DNA of 64,000 nucleotides from Candidatus Omnitrophota bacterium (GTDB lineage Bacteria; Omnitrophota; Omnitrophia; Omnitrophales; Aquincolibacteriaceae): NCBI GenBank assembly GCA_003140935.1, contig PLLJ01000045.1, positions 2,767 to 66,766 of the forward strand, read 5' to 3'. Shown piece by piece: positions 55,520 to 64,000 of this stretch (position 1 is its first letter; each line of letters starts with the position of its first letter). The notes under the pieces were generated by a model. It saw only the letters and a program-made list of their open reading frames with translations, ran no database searches and was not told where the DNA came from. The position numbers and the translations under genes were made by a program.

Positions 55520-55645
55520 TTATGGGTTCGGATTGGACGACATCGCACCCACCGGATGATAATTATAATCGTCCATAAATCCCTGGCAACCGGTCAGAAC
55601 AAAAACAAGCGCGAGAAAGAACAGCCCGAGTAACAAAAGTCGCAT
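55520..55645 (-). CDS. Candidate small lipoprotein (41 aa), not in the ORF track (below length cut-off)
   Basis: MRLLLLGLFFLALVFVLTGCQGFMDDYNYHPVGAMSSNPNP; start codon overlaps the rpsI stop (TAATG). Confidence 0.35.
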   Translation of the reverse strand: MRLLLLGLFFLALVFVLTGCQGFMDDYNYHPVGAMSSNPNP

Positions 55646-56043
55646 TAACGTTTCGTGAACTGGAAGCTTCTGCGAGCGCCTTTACGACCCGGTTTCTTTC
55701 TTTCTTTCTCTCTGGGGTCACGGGTCATAAAACCGCCCTTGCGCATCGTCGCGCGCATTTCGGGGTTGAGACCCACAAGCGCCCGGGCGATCCCGAGCTG
55801 GATCGCACCCGCCTGGCCGGCCACTCCGCCGCCCTGGACGCGGGCGCGGATACGCACTTGTCCGAGAAGGTTCGCGGATTTGAGCGGTTGTTCGACAAGC
55901 ATCTGAAGGTTCGCGCGTTTCAGATATTTTGCGGAATCCTGCCCGTTCACGATAAAACCCTTTTGTCCCGGGAAAACCCACACGCGGGCAATGGCGGTTT
56001 TACGGCGTCCGGTAGCATACATCAGTGTCGCGGGAGCGGTCAT
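55645..56043 (-). CDS. rpsI: 30S ribosomal protein S9
   Basis: GRRKTAIARV...C-terminal RDPREKERKKPGRKGARRSFQFTKR. Confidence 0.9.
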   Translation of the reverse strand: MTAPATLMYATGRRKTAIARVWVFPGQKGFIVNGQDSAKYLKRANLQMLVEQPLKSANLLGQVRIRARVQGGGVAGQAGAIQLGIARALVGLNPEMRATMRKGGFMTRDPREKERKKPGRKGARRSFQFTKR

Positions 56044-56048
56044 ACGGA

Positions 56049-56477
56049 TTAAACCTCGATCTTAATGGGTTGTTGCGCTTTATTCCGGTATTCCGTACCG
56101 GGGTAAACGCGAAGTCTCTTGAGCATCACATCGCCGATCCGGTTCTTCGGAAGCATGCGCTTGACGGCGCGCATGATGATCTCCGCCGGATTTTTTTCCA
56201 TGAGCTGTTCATAGGTATAAGTCTTCAGACCGCTTGAAAAGCCGGTGTAATGGGTATAGATCTTATCTTCTTTCTTGTTCCCCGTCACATGGACCTTCTT
56301 GGCGTTGATCACGATCACCTGATCCCCGGTAAGTTTATCCGGCATGAAGCAGGTCTTGCCTTTACCGATCAAAAGGGACGCAATCTTGGTGGACATCCGC
56401 CCGAGAGTCTTCCCGTCGGCGTCGATCATATACGTCTTTCGCGCGATGTCTTTTTCAGTGGGAATAAAAGTCTTCAT
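56049..56477 (-). CDS. rplM: 50S ribosomal protein L13
   Basis: Full-length L13 pattern; directly upstream of rpsI as in the conserved L13-S9 operon. Confidence 0.9.
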   Translation of the reverse strand: MKTFIPTEKDIARKTYMIDADGKTLGRMSTKIASLLIGKGKTCFMPDKLTGDQVIVINAKKVHVTGNKKEDKIYTHYTGFSSGLKTYTYEQLMEKNPAEIIMRAVKRMLPKNRIGDVMLKRLRVYPGTEYRNKAQQPIKIEV

Positions 56478-56828
56478 GATCTTCTTTTCTGTTTAGTTTG
56501 GAACAGGCAGTCGGAAAGGCGAGAAACCTTCTTGCGACTCAAAATATCTTGAAAAGTCTGCGGAGTATAACAAAAACCCCTTGGGGTGTCAAACTTTTAC
56601 CCCTCTTTTTTTACCTAGGCTTTTCCGGCCAGGGTCCCGGGATGAATGCCTGTAGAGACAAAAAACACCGTTTGATAGTTGGGATTGCCGTCCCTTGTGA
56701 AGATCCGTTCGCAGCCGCTTTAAAAGACCGCTTTTGACTCAAAACAAAAAAACCTTTTCCTGCCGGAAGGCTAACACATTATTTGAATTAGGCAAGACCT
56801 CCGGATTGTTTAAATACGGCCCTTCGGA

Positions 56829-57572
56829 TCAATACGTAACCCTCATCAGGGTTAGACCTTCGGAGGGTGCCGTCGTACCGGCAAAACGCCGGTCCTTGGC
56901 CTTAAGAATGGCGGCGATATCCCCAACCTTTCGCTTCCCTCTCCCCACTTCCAAGAGCGTTCCCACCATATTCCGGATCATGTGATAAAGAAATCCATCC
57001 GCTTCGACATGCATGAGGATGAGGTGCCCTTGCCGCTTGATCTGGAAGCACTTGATCGTCCGGACGCAGGAATTTCCTTTTTTCATGGACGACACGGAAG
57101 TAAAGGAACGGAAGTCATGCTCGCCCATCAGAGACTTGGCAGCTCTCCGCATCGCGGCAAGATTCAGAGAGTACGGAACATGGAAGGCCCGGCCCGCGAC
57201 AAGAGGCGAGCGGCAAGGGTGGTTCCAGATCCGGTATTCATAGACCTTGGAACGGACGCTATAGCGGGCATGAAAACAGTCGGGGACTTCTTCAATGTCT
57301 TTGACCGCCACGGCGGGCGGCAAAAGCGCGTTGAGGCCTTTTTGGATCTGCTTCAGTCCGTGAGCGCTTGAGGTCCTGAAGTTGACCACCTGGCCCTCAG
57401 CATGAACGCCGGTGTCCGTGCGGCCGCTCGCGGCCGCGATCTTCATTTTGCAGTCAAAAAATCCGGAAAGGGCCTTCTCAAGAACTTCCTGGATGGTCGG
57501 CTGGCCGGGCTGTTTCTGGAACCCGAAGAACATCGATCCGTTGTATTCGAGGACAAGCTTGATGTTTCTCAT
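56829..57572 (-). CDS. truA: tRNA pseudouridine(38-40) synthase
   Basis: ASGRTDTGVHAEGQV catalytic Asp motif; ORF track to 57596. Confidence 0.85.
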   Translation of the reverse strand: MRNIKLVLEYNGSMFFGFQKQPGQPTIQEVLEKALSGFFDCKMKIAAASGRTDTGVHAEGQVVNFRTSSAHGLKQIQKGLNALLPPAVAVKDIEEVPDCFHARYSVRSKVYEYRIWNHPCRSPLVAGRAFHVPYSLNLAAMRRAAKSLMGEHDFRSFTSVSSMKKGNSCVRTIKCFQIKRQGHLILMHVEADGFLYHMIRNMVGTLLEVGRGKRKVGDIAAILKAKDRRFAGTTAPSEGLTLMRVTY

Positions 57573-57619
57573 AAGGGTCGACAAGCCACGGAACACGAAA
57601 ATCTTGCGTGGTACGTGGT

Positions 57620-58624
57620 TCAGCTTGCGAAAGCAAGCTCGGCGATCTGGATGGCGTTCAAGGCCGCGCCTTTGCGGATCTGATCGCCGGAAACGAACAT
57701 CGAAAACCCGTTCGCTACGGTCGGATCCTCGCGCAAACGCCCGACGAGAATGTTGTCTTGTCCGGTCGCCTCAAGCGGCATGGGAAAATAATTCTTCTCG
57801 CGATCATCGATCACCTCGATGCCGGGAGCCTTGGAAAGGAGTTTACGCACTTCGTCGACCGAGATCTTTTTCTCCGTCTCGATGAAAAGCGCTTCGGAAT
57901 GCGCGCGCAATACCGGCACGCGGACGCAGGTCGCGGTCACCCGGATCTCCGCATCATGAAAGATCTTCTGGGTCTCCTTCACCATCTTGGTCTCTTCTTC
58001 GCAATAACCATCCGGTCCGATCTTCGAATTATGCGAGAACACATTGAACGCGATCTGATGCGGCAGGACCTGTTTCTTGACGGGCCTTCCGGCAAGAAAG
58101 TCCTGGGCCTGGGTCTTAAGTTCCTCCATGGCCTTCGCCCCGGCGCCGCTCGCGGCCTGGTAGGTGGCGGCGATGATGCGCTTGATCTTTGCGACTTTAT
58201 GGATCGGGAAAAGCGGTACGAGCATAATAATGGTAGAGCAGTTCGGGTTCGCGATAATGCCTTTATGCTTGGCGATATCTTCGGGATTGATCTCCGGCAC
58301 GACAAGCGGGATCGCCGGGTCCATGCGGAACGCGCTGGTATTGTCCACCATGAGCGCGCCGGCCTTGACGATGTGTGGCGCAAGTTCGCGGCTGATCGCC
58401 CCGCCCGCGCTTGAAAGCACCAGGTCCAGTCCGTCAAAAGAAACGGGCGAGGCTTCTTCGACCGGGTAATTCTTTCCCATGAATCCGATCTGTTTTCCGG
58501 CCGAACGGCCCGAGGCCAAAAGTCTCAGTTCTGCGATCGGAAACTTCCGCTCCTTCAAGAGCTCCAGAAATTCCTGCCCTACGGCACCGGTCGCGCCCAA
58601 GACTGCCACTTTTAATTTTCGCAT
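57620..58624 (-). CDS. asd: Aspartate-semialdehyde dehydrogenase
   Basis: VAVLGATGAVGQ; catalytic Cys block NPNCSTI. Confidence 0.9.
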   Translation of the reverse strand: MRKLKVAVLGATGAVGQEFLELLKERKFPIAELRLLASGRSAGKQIGFMGKNYPVEEASPVSFDGLDLVLSSAGGAISRELAPHIVKAGALMVDNTSAFRMDPAIPLVVPEINPEDIAKHKGIIANPNCSTIIMLVPLFPIHKVAKIKRIIAATYQAASGAGAKAMEELKTQAQDFLAGRPVKKQVLPHQIAFNVFSHNSKIGPDGYCEEETKMVKETQKIFHDAEIRVTATCVRVPVLRAHSEALFIETEKKISVDEVRKLLSKAPGIEVIDDREKNYFPMPLEATGQDNILVGRLREDPTVANGFSMFVSGDQIRKGAALNAIQIAELAFAS

Positions 58625-58697
58625 CTTAGTATTTCTCCTGTAACGTTCAGAGTCGAGCCTACAGGGAATAGTTTCTCTATACCCTGAACTCTATCCC

Positions 58698-59777
58698 CTA
58701 GATCCTGTTTTTCGGATCCAATCCCTTCACTACAAGATCCCCGACCTCCGTGGTGGAATATCCCATCTTTCCCGCCGCAAGGCTTTTGAGTTTCTTCGCC
58801 GTCACCCATTTTACGGATGCTTCGATCGCGGCGGCCGCTTTCTCTTCCCCGAGAACTTCGAGCATCATTTGTCCGGCGCAGATCGCCGCGAGAGGATTGA
58901 TCACGTTCAGGCCGGTGTACTTCGGCGCGGATCCGCCGATCGGCTCGAACATGGAAACACCCTGAGGATTCAAATTGCCCCCGGCCGCGATCCCCATACC
59001 TCCCTGGATCATGGCGCCAAGGTCGGTGATGATATCCCCGAACATGTTGTCCGTTACGATCACGTCGAACCATTCGGGGTTCTTGATCATCCACATACAG
59101 GTCGCGTCCACATGCGCGTAGTCCCTTTTGATATCCGGAAAATCTTTGGCTCCCACCTCGTGAAAAATGCGCTCCCAAAGGTCCCAAGCGTAAGTTAGAA
59201 CATTGGTCTTCCCGCAAAGCGTGAGCGTCTTTTTCTTGGAATTACGCTTACGGGTATACTCAAAGGCATAGCGCAAACAGCGCTCAACGCCCTTGCGGCT
59301 GTTGCGGCTCACCTGGATCGCCACTTCATCCGGTTGCCCCTTATGGATGAATTCTCCCTCGCCGACATAAAGGCCTTCGTTATTTTCGCGGACCACGACG
59401 AAATCGATATCCTCCGGTTTTTTATTCTTGAGCGGGCAATCCACGCCGGGGAAAAGCTTTATGGGACGGAGATTGATGTATTGTTCCAGGGAAAAACGGA
59501 GTTTGAGAAGAAGCCCTTTCTCCAGGATCCCGGGCTTTACATCCGGATGCCCGACGGCCCCGAGATAGATCGCCTGGTAACCCCGGAGCTCCTGGATCAC
59601 GCTATCCGGAAGCACTTCCCCGGTCCTTTTATAGCGCTCCCCCCCGAGATCATATTCATGCCGGTCGAGTTTAAAGCCGTACTTTTCGGAAGCGGCCGTT
59701 AAAACCTTATTCCCTTCACGGATGACCTCCGTACCGGTCCCGTCTCCCGGGATCACTGCGATCTTGTATGCTTTCAT
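58698..59777 (-). CDS. Isopropylmalate/isocitrate/tartrate dehydrogenase family (LeuB/TtuC-like) decarboxylating dehydrogenase
   Basis: [25 protein letters not shown] motifs. Confidence 0.75.
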   Translation of the reverse strand: MKAYKIAVIPGDGTGTEVIREGNKVLTAASEKYGFKLDRHEYDLGGERYKRTGEVLPDSVIQELRGYQAIYLGAVGHPDVKPGILEKGLLLKLRFSLEQYINLRPIKLFPGVDCPLKNKKPEDIDFVVVRENNEGLYVGEGEFIHKGQPDEVAIQVSRNSRKGVERCLRYAFEYTRKRNSKKKTLTLCGKTNVLTYAWDLWERIFHEVGAKDFPDIKRDYAHVDATCMWMIKNPEWFDVIVTDNMFGDIITDLGAMIQGGMGIAAGGNLNPQGVSMFEPIGGSAPKYTGLNVINPLAAICAGQMMLEVLGEEKAAAAIEASVKWVTAKKLKSLAAGKMGYSTTEVGDLVVKGLDPKNRI

Positions 59778-59918
59778 AATGGCCTTTTTCTCCTTGTTCG
59801 CTTTAAGTTAGGACGCCGAATGTTTTTTCGCGGAAAAGTGTATCGTTTAAAAATGCGAAGGGCGGATTCTATACTGTTCTCTATTAAATTTAAAGAGTTA
59901 ACAGTATTGCCCCAATTT

Positions 59919-59962
59919 CATCTGTGATGAAATTGATTGGAATTGGGACTATGTCAAGATTC
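59919..59962 (+). repeat. H0-type hairpin repeat (ttgccccaatttcatctgtgatgaaattgattggaattgggactatgt)
   Basis: Paralogue of 51843..51890. Confidence 0.7.
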
Positions 59963-61433
59963 AGCTTTTTTCAATCTTTACCGGACGTCGCTTCACCGAC
60001 TCGTAAAGCTTCTCATATTTCCTGGCCGAGGCGTCCCATGAAAAGTCGCTTTCCATGGCATTCTTCACGAGCGAGTTCCAAAGTTTTTCCTGTTTGAATG
60101 TTTTGACCGCGCGAAGAAGGACGGTATGCAGCGCATCGCTCGTATAATCCTCAAAAGTAAATCCGTTCCCTTTTTGGGACGTGAATTCGAAGTTCTGGAC
60201 CGTGTCCGCCAAACCGCCGGTGGCGCGGACGATCGGCACCGTCCCGAAGCGAAGTCCGATGATTTGTCCCAACCCGCACGGCTCGTAATAGGAAGGGATG
60301 AGCAGCATGTCGGAACCCGCATAGATCCTTTTGGCCATTTTCGGATCGAACATGATGTGTACCGCAAGCCACTTTTTGTTCTTCTTCGCAAGATCCCGGA
60401 GGATCTGATGGTATTTGTCCTCGCCGGTCCCGAGCAATACCATTTGAATGTCCTGCTGTTGGGAGAGCTGCTCGATCGCCGGGACCAGAATATCCAACCC
60501 CTTCTGGTCCACGAGGCGCGCCACAAAACCAAGAAGAGGAATATTCGGGTCGACCTTCAAACCGTTCTCTTTTTGGAGCGCAGCCTTGTTGAGTTTTTTC
60601 CCGGAAAGGTCTTTTAAGTCATACTTCGCGTCAAGGTCCGGATCGGTGGCCGGATCCCAATCCTTCGGGTCGATCCCGTTGATGATCCCCGTCACGCTGT
60701 CCTTGCGCGCAGCAAGCACGCCCTCCATCCCGCACCCGAACTCCTTGGTCTGGATCTCGCGGCTGTAGCGTTCACTTACGGTCGTCACCTCGTCAGCAAA
60801 GACAAGTCCCCCTTTCAAAAAACTGAATTTCCCGTAGAACTCCAGAAAATCGGACTTGTAGAATTCCCATCCCAAACCTGTTGCCAGAAAAGAGTCGGGA
60901 GGAAAGTTCCCCTGGTACGCAAGATTGTGGACGGTGAATACGCTTCGCGCTTTTTGGAAAGGCGTGTAGCCTGTTTCCGTGGTCTTGAGATAGACAGGAA
61001 TGAGACCTGTCTGCCAGTCGTGGCAATGGACAATATCCGGGGCCAATTTTAATTTTTCAATAGACTTGAGCGCGGCCCGCTGAAAATAGGTGAAACGGCG
61101 GTCGTTGTCCTGATAATCCCCGACCAGTGTCCCGTAAAGCTCCTCCCGCATGAAATAATCGGGGTGTTCGATGAAATACACCTTGACCCCATTGGCCAGT
61201 TTTTTCAAAAAAACACGCGTGGCCTCGAGCTGGTTCCCCACGATCAATTCGAAATAATCGATCGCGGTTTGGAGCTCCCACTTTTGGATGTCGATGGAAC
61301 GGTAGCGTGGCAAAAAAACCGACACTTCGTGGCCTAAGGCGTGGACCGCACTGGCAAGGGAATCGACAACATCCCCGAGGCCCCCTGTCTTGGCGAAGGG
61401 GGCCATCTCGGAACTGATGAAGAGGATCTTCAA
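59961..61433 (-). CDS. glgA: Glycogen synthase (ADP-glucose type)
   Basis: MKILFISSEMAPFAKTGGLGDV N-terminal KTGGL motif. Confidence 0.9.
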   Translation of the reverse strand: MKILFISSEMAPFAKTGGLGDVVDSLASAVHALGHEVSVFLPRYRSIDIQKWELQTAIDYFELIVGNQLEATRVFLKKLANGVKVYFIEHPDYFMREELYGTLVGDYQDNDRRFTYFQRAALKSIEKLKLAPDIVHCHDWQTGLIPVYLKTTETGYTPFQKARSVFTVHNLAYQGNFPPDSFLATGLGWEFYKSDFLEFYGKFSFLKGGLVFADEVTTVSERYSREIQTKEFGCGMEGVLAARKDSVTGIINGIDPKDWDPATDPDLDAKYDLKDLSGKKLNKAALQKENGLKVDPNIPLLGFVARLVDQKGLDILVPAIEQLSQQQDIQMVLLGTGEDKYHQILRDLAKKNKKWLAVHIMFDPKMAKRIYAGSDMLLIPSYYEPCGLGQIIGLRFGTVPIVRATGGLADTVQNFEFTSQKGNGFTFEDYTSDALHTVLLRAVKTFKQEKLWNSLVKNAMESDFSWDASARKYEKLYESVKRRPVKIEKS

Positions 61434-61455
61434 GGAAAACTAAAAACGTGCCGTC

Positions 61456-61773
61456 TTATTTTGCGACTTCGATAATGCAGTTCCAGCTGCCGAAAGCATT
61501 GGGAACACATTCGACCGGCTCTTGCGCGTTCTGCCAAACCCCGTCCACCAGATAGCGGTACTGATAACGTCCGTTCTTGAGCTTGAGGGACGCTTTCCAA
61601 TTTCCCGTTGCATCTTTCGTAAGAGGGGTCTTGTTTGCTTTCCAATTGTTAAAATCGCCGCCCACCTCGACTTTTTTGGCTTGCGGGGCGTAAAATTTAA
61701 AATTTATGGTCTTTTCGCAAGTGCTGGTGCTGGAACTGGAGGTGGGACAACATTTCGTCGACATCTTTGCCAT
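61456..61773 (-). CDS. Small glycogen-binding (CBM48 / AMPK-beta-like) domain protein
   Basis: INFKFYAPQAKKVEVGGDFNNWK...YQYRYLVDGVW pattern. Confidence 0.6.
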   Translation of the reverse strand: MAKMSTKCCPTSSSSTSTCEKTINFKFYAPQAKKVEVGGDFNNWKANKTPLTKDATGNWKASLKLKNGRYQYRYLVDGVWQNAQEPVECVPNAFGSWNCIIEVAK

Positions 61774-61891
61774 AAAAAACTCCTTTTTTGTTTAATGGGT
61801 GATCCATGTGCGAAAGAGAATTGCAGCGAGGGATTATATATCAGAAAAAACAGCTTGCCAAGAAACATCTCCTCACTATAATAACCCGCCT

Positions 61892-62155
61892 ATGAGAACC
61901 TGTGCCATCTGCAAAAAGAAGCCTTTAACGGGCAATTCCATCGTGCGTCGTGGTCTTGCGAAAAAGACCGGCGGTATTGGTAAAAAGATCTCCGGGATTA
62001 CGCGCCGCCGCTTCTTCCCGAACCTCCAGAGGGTGAAGGTCCTCTTCTTGAATGGAACGGTACGCCGCATCAATGTTTGCGTAAGCTGTCTGAAGGCCGG
62101 AAAAGTCAAAAAAGCTCCTTCCCGTCGTTCTTACACCCCGACTCCGGCCGCTTAA
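61892..62155 (+). CDS. rpmB: 50S ribosomal protein L28
   Basis: ORF track from 61799. Likely start MRTCAICKKKPLTGNSI at 61892. Confidence 0.8.
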   Translation: MRTCAICKKKPLTGNSIVRRGLAKKTGGIGKKISGITRRRFFPNLQRVKVLFLNGTVRRINVCVSCLKAGKVKKAPSRRSYTPTPAA

Positions 62156-63837
62156 AGAGACGCCGGAAGTTTCTCCCTGAATTCTTTCACCGACAAGATG
62201 AGTGTTTTCATGCCGTTCCACTGCTTTGTCTTGATGGAGTAGGCCGCCTCAAAACGTGTCTCCGGCCCGGAAGCCGCACAAAGTGACATCTGCTTCTCAT
62301 GAAGATGGGCCTGAAAGGTCTGGGAACCCTCCGTCAGCACCACTTCATACGTCTCGCCATAAAGACGCCTGGGCTTGGACTTTAACCGGAGATCGTCGCT
62401 TTGAAAAACAGGCCGCGGGTTTCCGACTCCGTGCGGTTCTAAAAATTCAAGCTCTTCAAGAAAACCGTCCGTGACTTCATGGAGCTTCAAGGCCATATCC
62501 ACCGGCACTTGCCTCTTTAATGCTTCCGGGGAAAGATGCTCGAACGCGAAGGCATTGATCTTTTCTCGTAAAAGCGGAATGTTCTTTTCCGTGACCGTCA
62601 GTCCGGCCGCTTGCGCATGTCCCCCGAATTCTTCGAGGACCGTCTCACAAGAACGAAGCGCGTTAAAGAGATGAAAGTTTTTAATGGAACGGCCCGATCC
62701 CCGCCCCACGCCTTCTTCGACCGAGATCACGATCGCCGGACGCTCGTATTTTTCCACAAGCCTCGACGCCACGATCCCGATCACCCCGCGGTGCCAGCCA
62801 AGACCCTCCACCACGATCACGCGTTCGCGGTTGAAATTGACGATCTGTTCGACTTTGCGCATCGCTTCCTGCGTCGTCTCGCGCTCCGAACGCTGCCGGG
62901 CCTTGTTCTCCGCCTCCAGGATCTTCGCCAAACTTTCCGCTTCGCGAGGAATTTTGGTCAGTAAAAGCTGGAGTGCGGTATCCGCAGAACTCATGCGCCC
63001 CGCGGCGTTCAACCTCGGCCCCAGAATAAATCCCACATGCCCGGTATTGACCCGGGAGGCTTTCATCTTGGCGACTTCCGCCAGTGCGCGGATCCCTGGA
63101 TTTTTCCGCTCGGAAAGCATGGCCAGCCCTTCCTTGACGAGAATGCGGTTTTCACCCACAAGCGGCGCAATGTCACTGATCGTGGAAAGCGCCACCAGGT
63201 CCAGATACTCGAACGCCTGGTCCCCCGTAAGCGCCTGGCTTAGTTTGAACGCCAGCCCGGCGGCCGAAAGCTCCTTAAAAGGATAAGAGCAATCCTCCTG
63301 GAGCGGGTTGAGGATGAGATGCGTGTCAGGCAATCCGTCGGCGGGCAAACGATGATGGTCGATCACGATCACGTCCATGCCGTGAGAGCGGGCGATCTCG
63401 ATCTCACGCTTGGCCGTGATCCCGCAATCGACCGTGATGATCAGACCCATGCCCTGCTCCCGCGCTTTGTGGATCGCGTCTTCACTTACACCGTAACCGT
63501 CGCGTTCCCGTTCCGGAAGAAAGGTCGTGTACTCCCCCCCGATCTTTTCGAGCGTCCGGGCCAGGACCGCGACGCCGGTGATCCCATCGACATCGTAGTC
63601 GCCATGGATCAGGATCTTTTCGTGGGTTTGAACGGCTTTCTCGATGCGGGCTTTGACTTCTCTCATGTTCTTCATAAGGAAAGGATCGTGAAGCGAGGAA
63701 AGACCGGAAAAAAGAAAGGCCTCCACCTCGGAATCCGTTTTAAGGCCCCGCTTTTCAAGCAGCTTCCGGAAAACGGAAGAAAAGTTCGAGAGGTTTGTCC
63801 TGCCGGAAATTTCACTATTAAGTTTTGAAGTAACCAT
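62152..63837 (-). CDS. recJ: Single-stranded-DNA-specific exonuclease RecJ
   Basis: DHH family: ILIHGDYDVDGITG, VIVIDHHR, GGHAQAAG motifs. Confidence 0.85.
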   Translation of the reverse strand: MVTSKLNSEISGRTNLSNFSSVFRKLLEKRGLKTDSEVEAFLFSGLSSLHDPFLMKNMREVKARIEKAVQTHEKILIHGDYDVDGITGVAVLARTLEKIGGEYTTFLPERERDGYGVSEDAIHKAREQGMGLIITVDCGITAKREIEIARSHGMDVIVIDHHRLPADGLPDTHLILNPLQEDCSYPFKELSAAGLAFKLSQALTGDQAFEYLDLVALSTISDIAPLVGENRILVKEGLAMLSERKNPGIRALAEVAKMKASRVNTGHVGFILGPRLNAAGRMSSADTALQLLLTKIPREAESLAKILEAENKARQRSERETTQEAMRKVEQIVNFNRERVIVVEGLGWHRGVIGIVASRLVEKYERPAIVISVEEGVGRGSGRSIKNFHLFNALRSCETVLEEFGGHAQAAGLTVTEKNIPLLREKINAFAFEHLSPEALKRQVPVDMALKLHEVTDGFLEELEFLEPHGVGNPRPVFQSDDLRLKSKPRRLYGETYEVVLTEGSQTFQAHLHEKQMSLCAASGPETRFEAAYSIKTKQWNGMKTLILSVKEFREKLPASL

Positions 63838-63963
63838 AGAGGCGCATTCTACCTTAAAAAAGATTCCTCATGAGATTGTTTTGATTTCTTCTGAAATTGG
63901 AAGGATTTCGACTCTATAGCGAAGGCGTTATGCTTAATGCTTCGAGATGAGTTTCAGGAGAGA

Positions 63964-64000
63964 TGGAAATCACTAAGGTTCTGACAAAAAAACTGTCTGT
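63964..64000 (+). CDS. Possible start of a plus-strand gene running off the window (MEITKVLTKKLS...)
   Basis: AGGAGA RBS 5 nt upstream of the ATG at 63964. Confidence 0.25.

Overview
High-GC (~60%) bacterial chromosomal window, almost entirely minus-strand coding. Recognisable housekeeping blocks are uvrA (partial), a dapB-dapA-dapF cluster, an ornithine-decarboxylase-like + homospermidine-synthase pair, rtcB, an argC-argJ-argB-argD-argF-argG-argH-lysA operon, rnc, rpsI-rplM, truA, asd, glgA with a CBM48 partner, rpmB and recJ. There is also a cluster of very large outer-membrane and secreted proteins. Two things stand out. (1) A ~4.4 kb AT-rich island (about 32.3-36.7 kb), out of character with the rest of the window, carries a tightly coupled four-gene cassette: a ParB/Srx-like protein, an HD phosphohydrolase with dNTPase-like motifs, a B12-binding-domain radical SAM enzyme and a 4-TM membrane protein. 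Direct repeats bracket a small ORF next to it. I consider this the best candidate for an undescribed defence or nucleic-acid/nucleotide-modification system. (2) The intergenic space is unusually rich in several families of short dispersed palindromic/hairpin repeats. They are REP/MITE-like, show compensatory stem changes, and one family has been built into a secreted tandem-repeat protein. There is also a junkyard intergenic region holding a duplicated 5' gene fragment and a small cysteine-rich two-CW-like ORF. No rRNA, tRNA or CRISPR array could be supported by eye.
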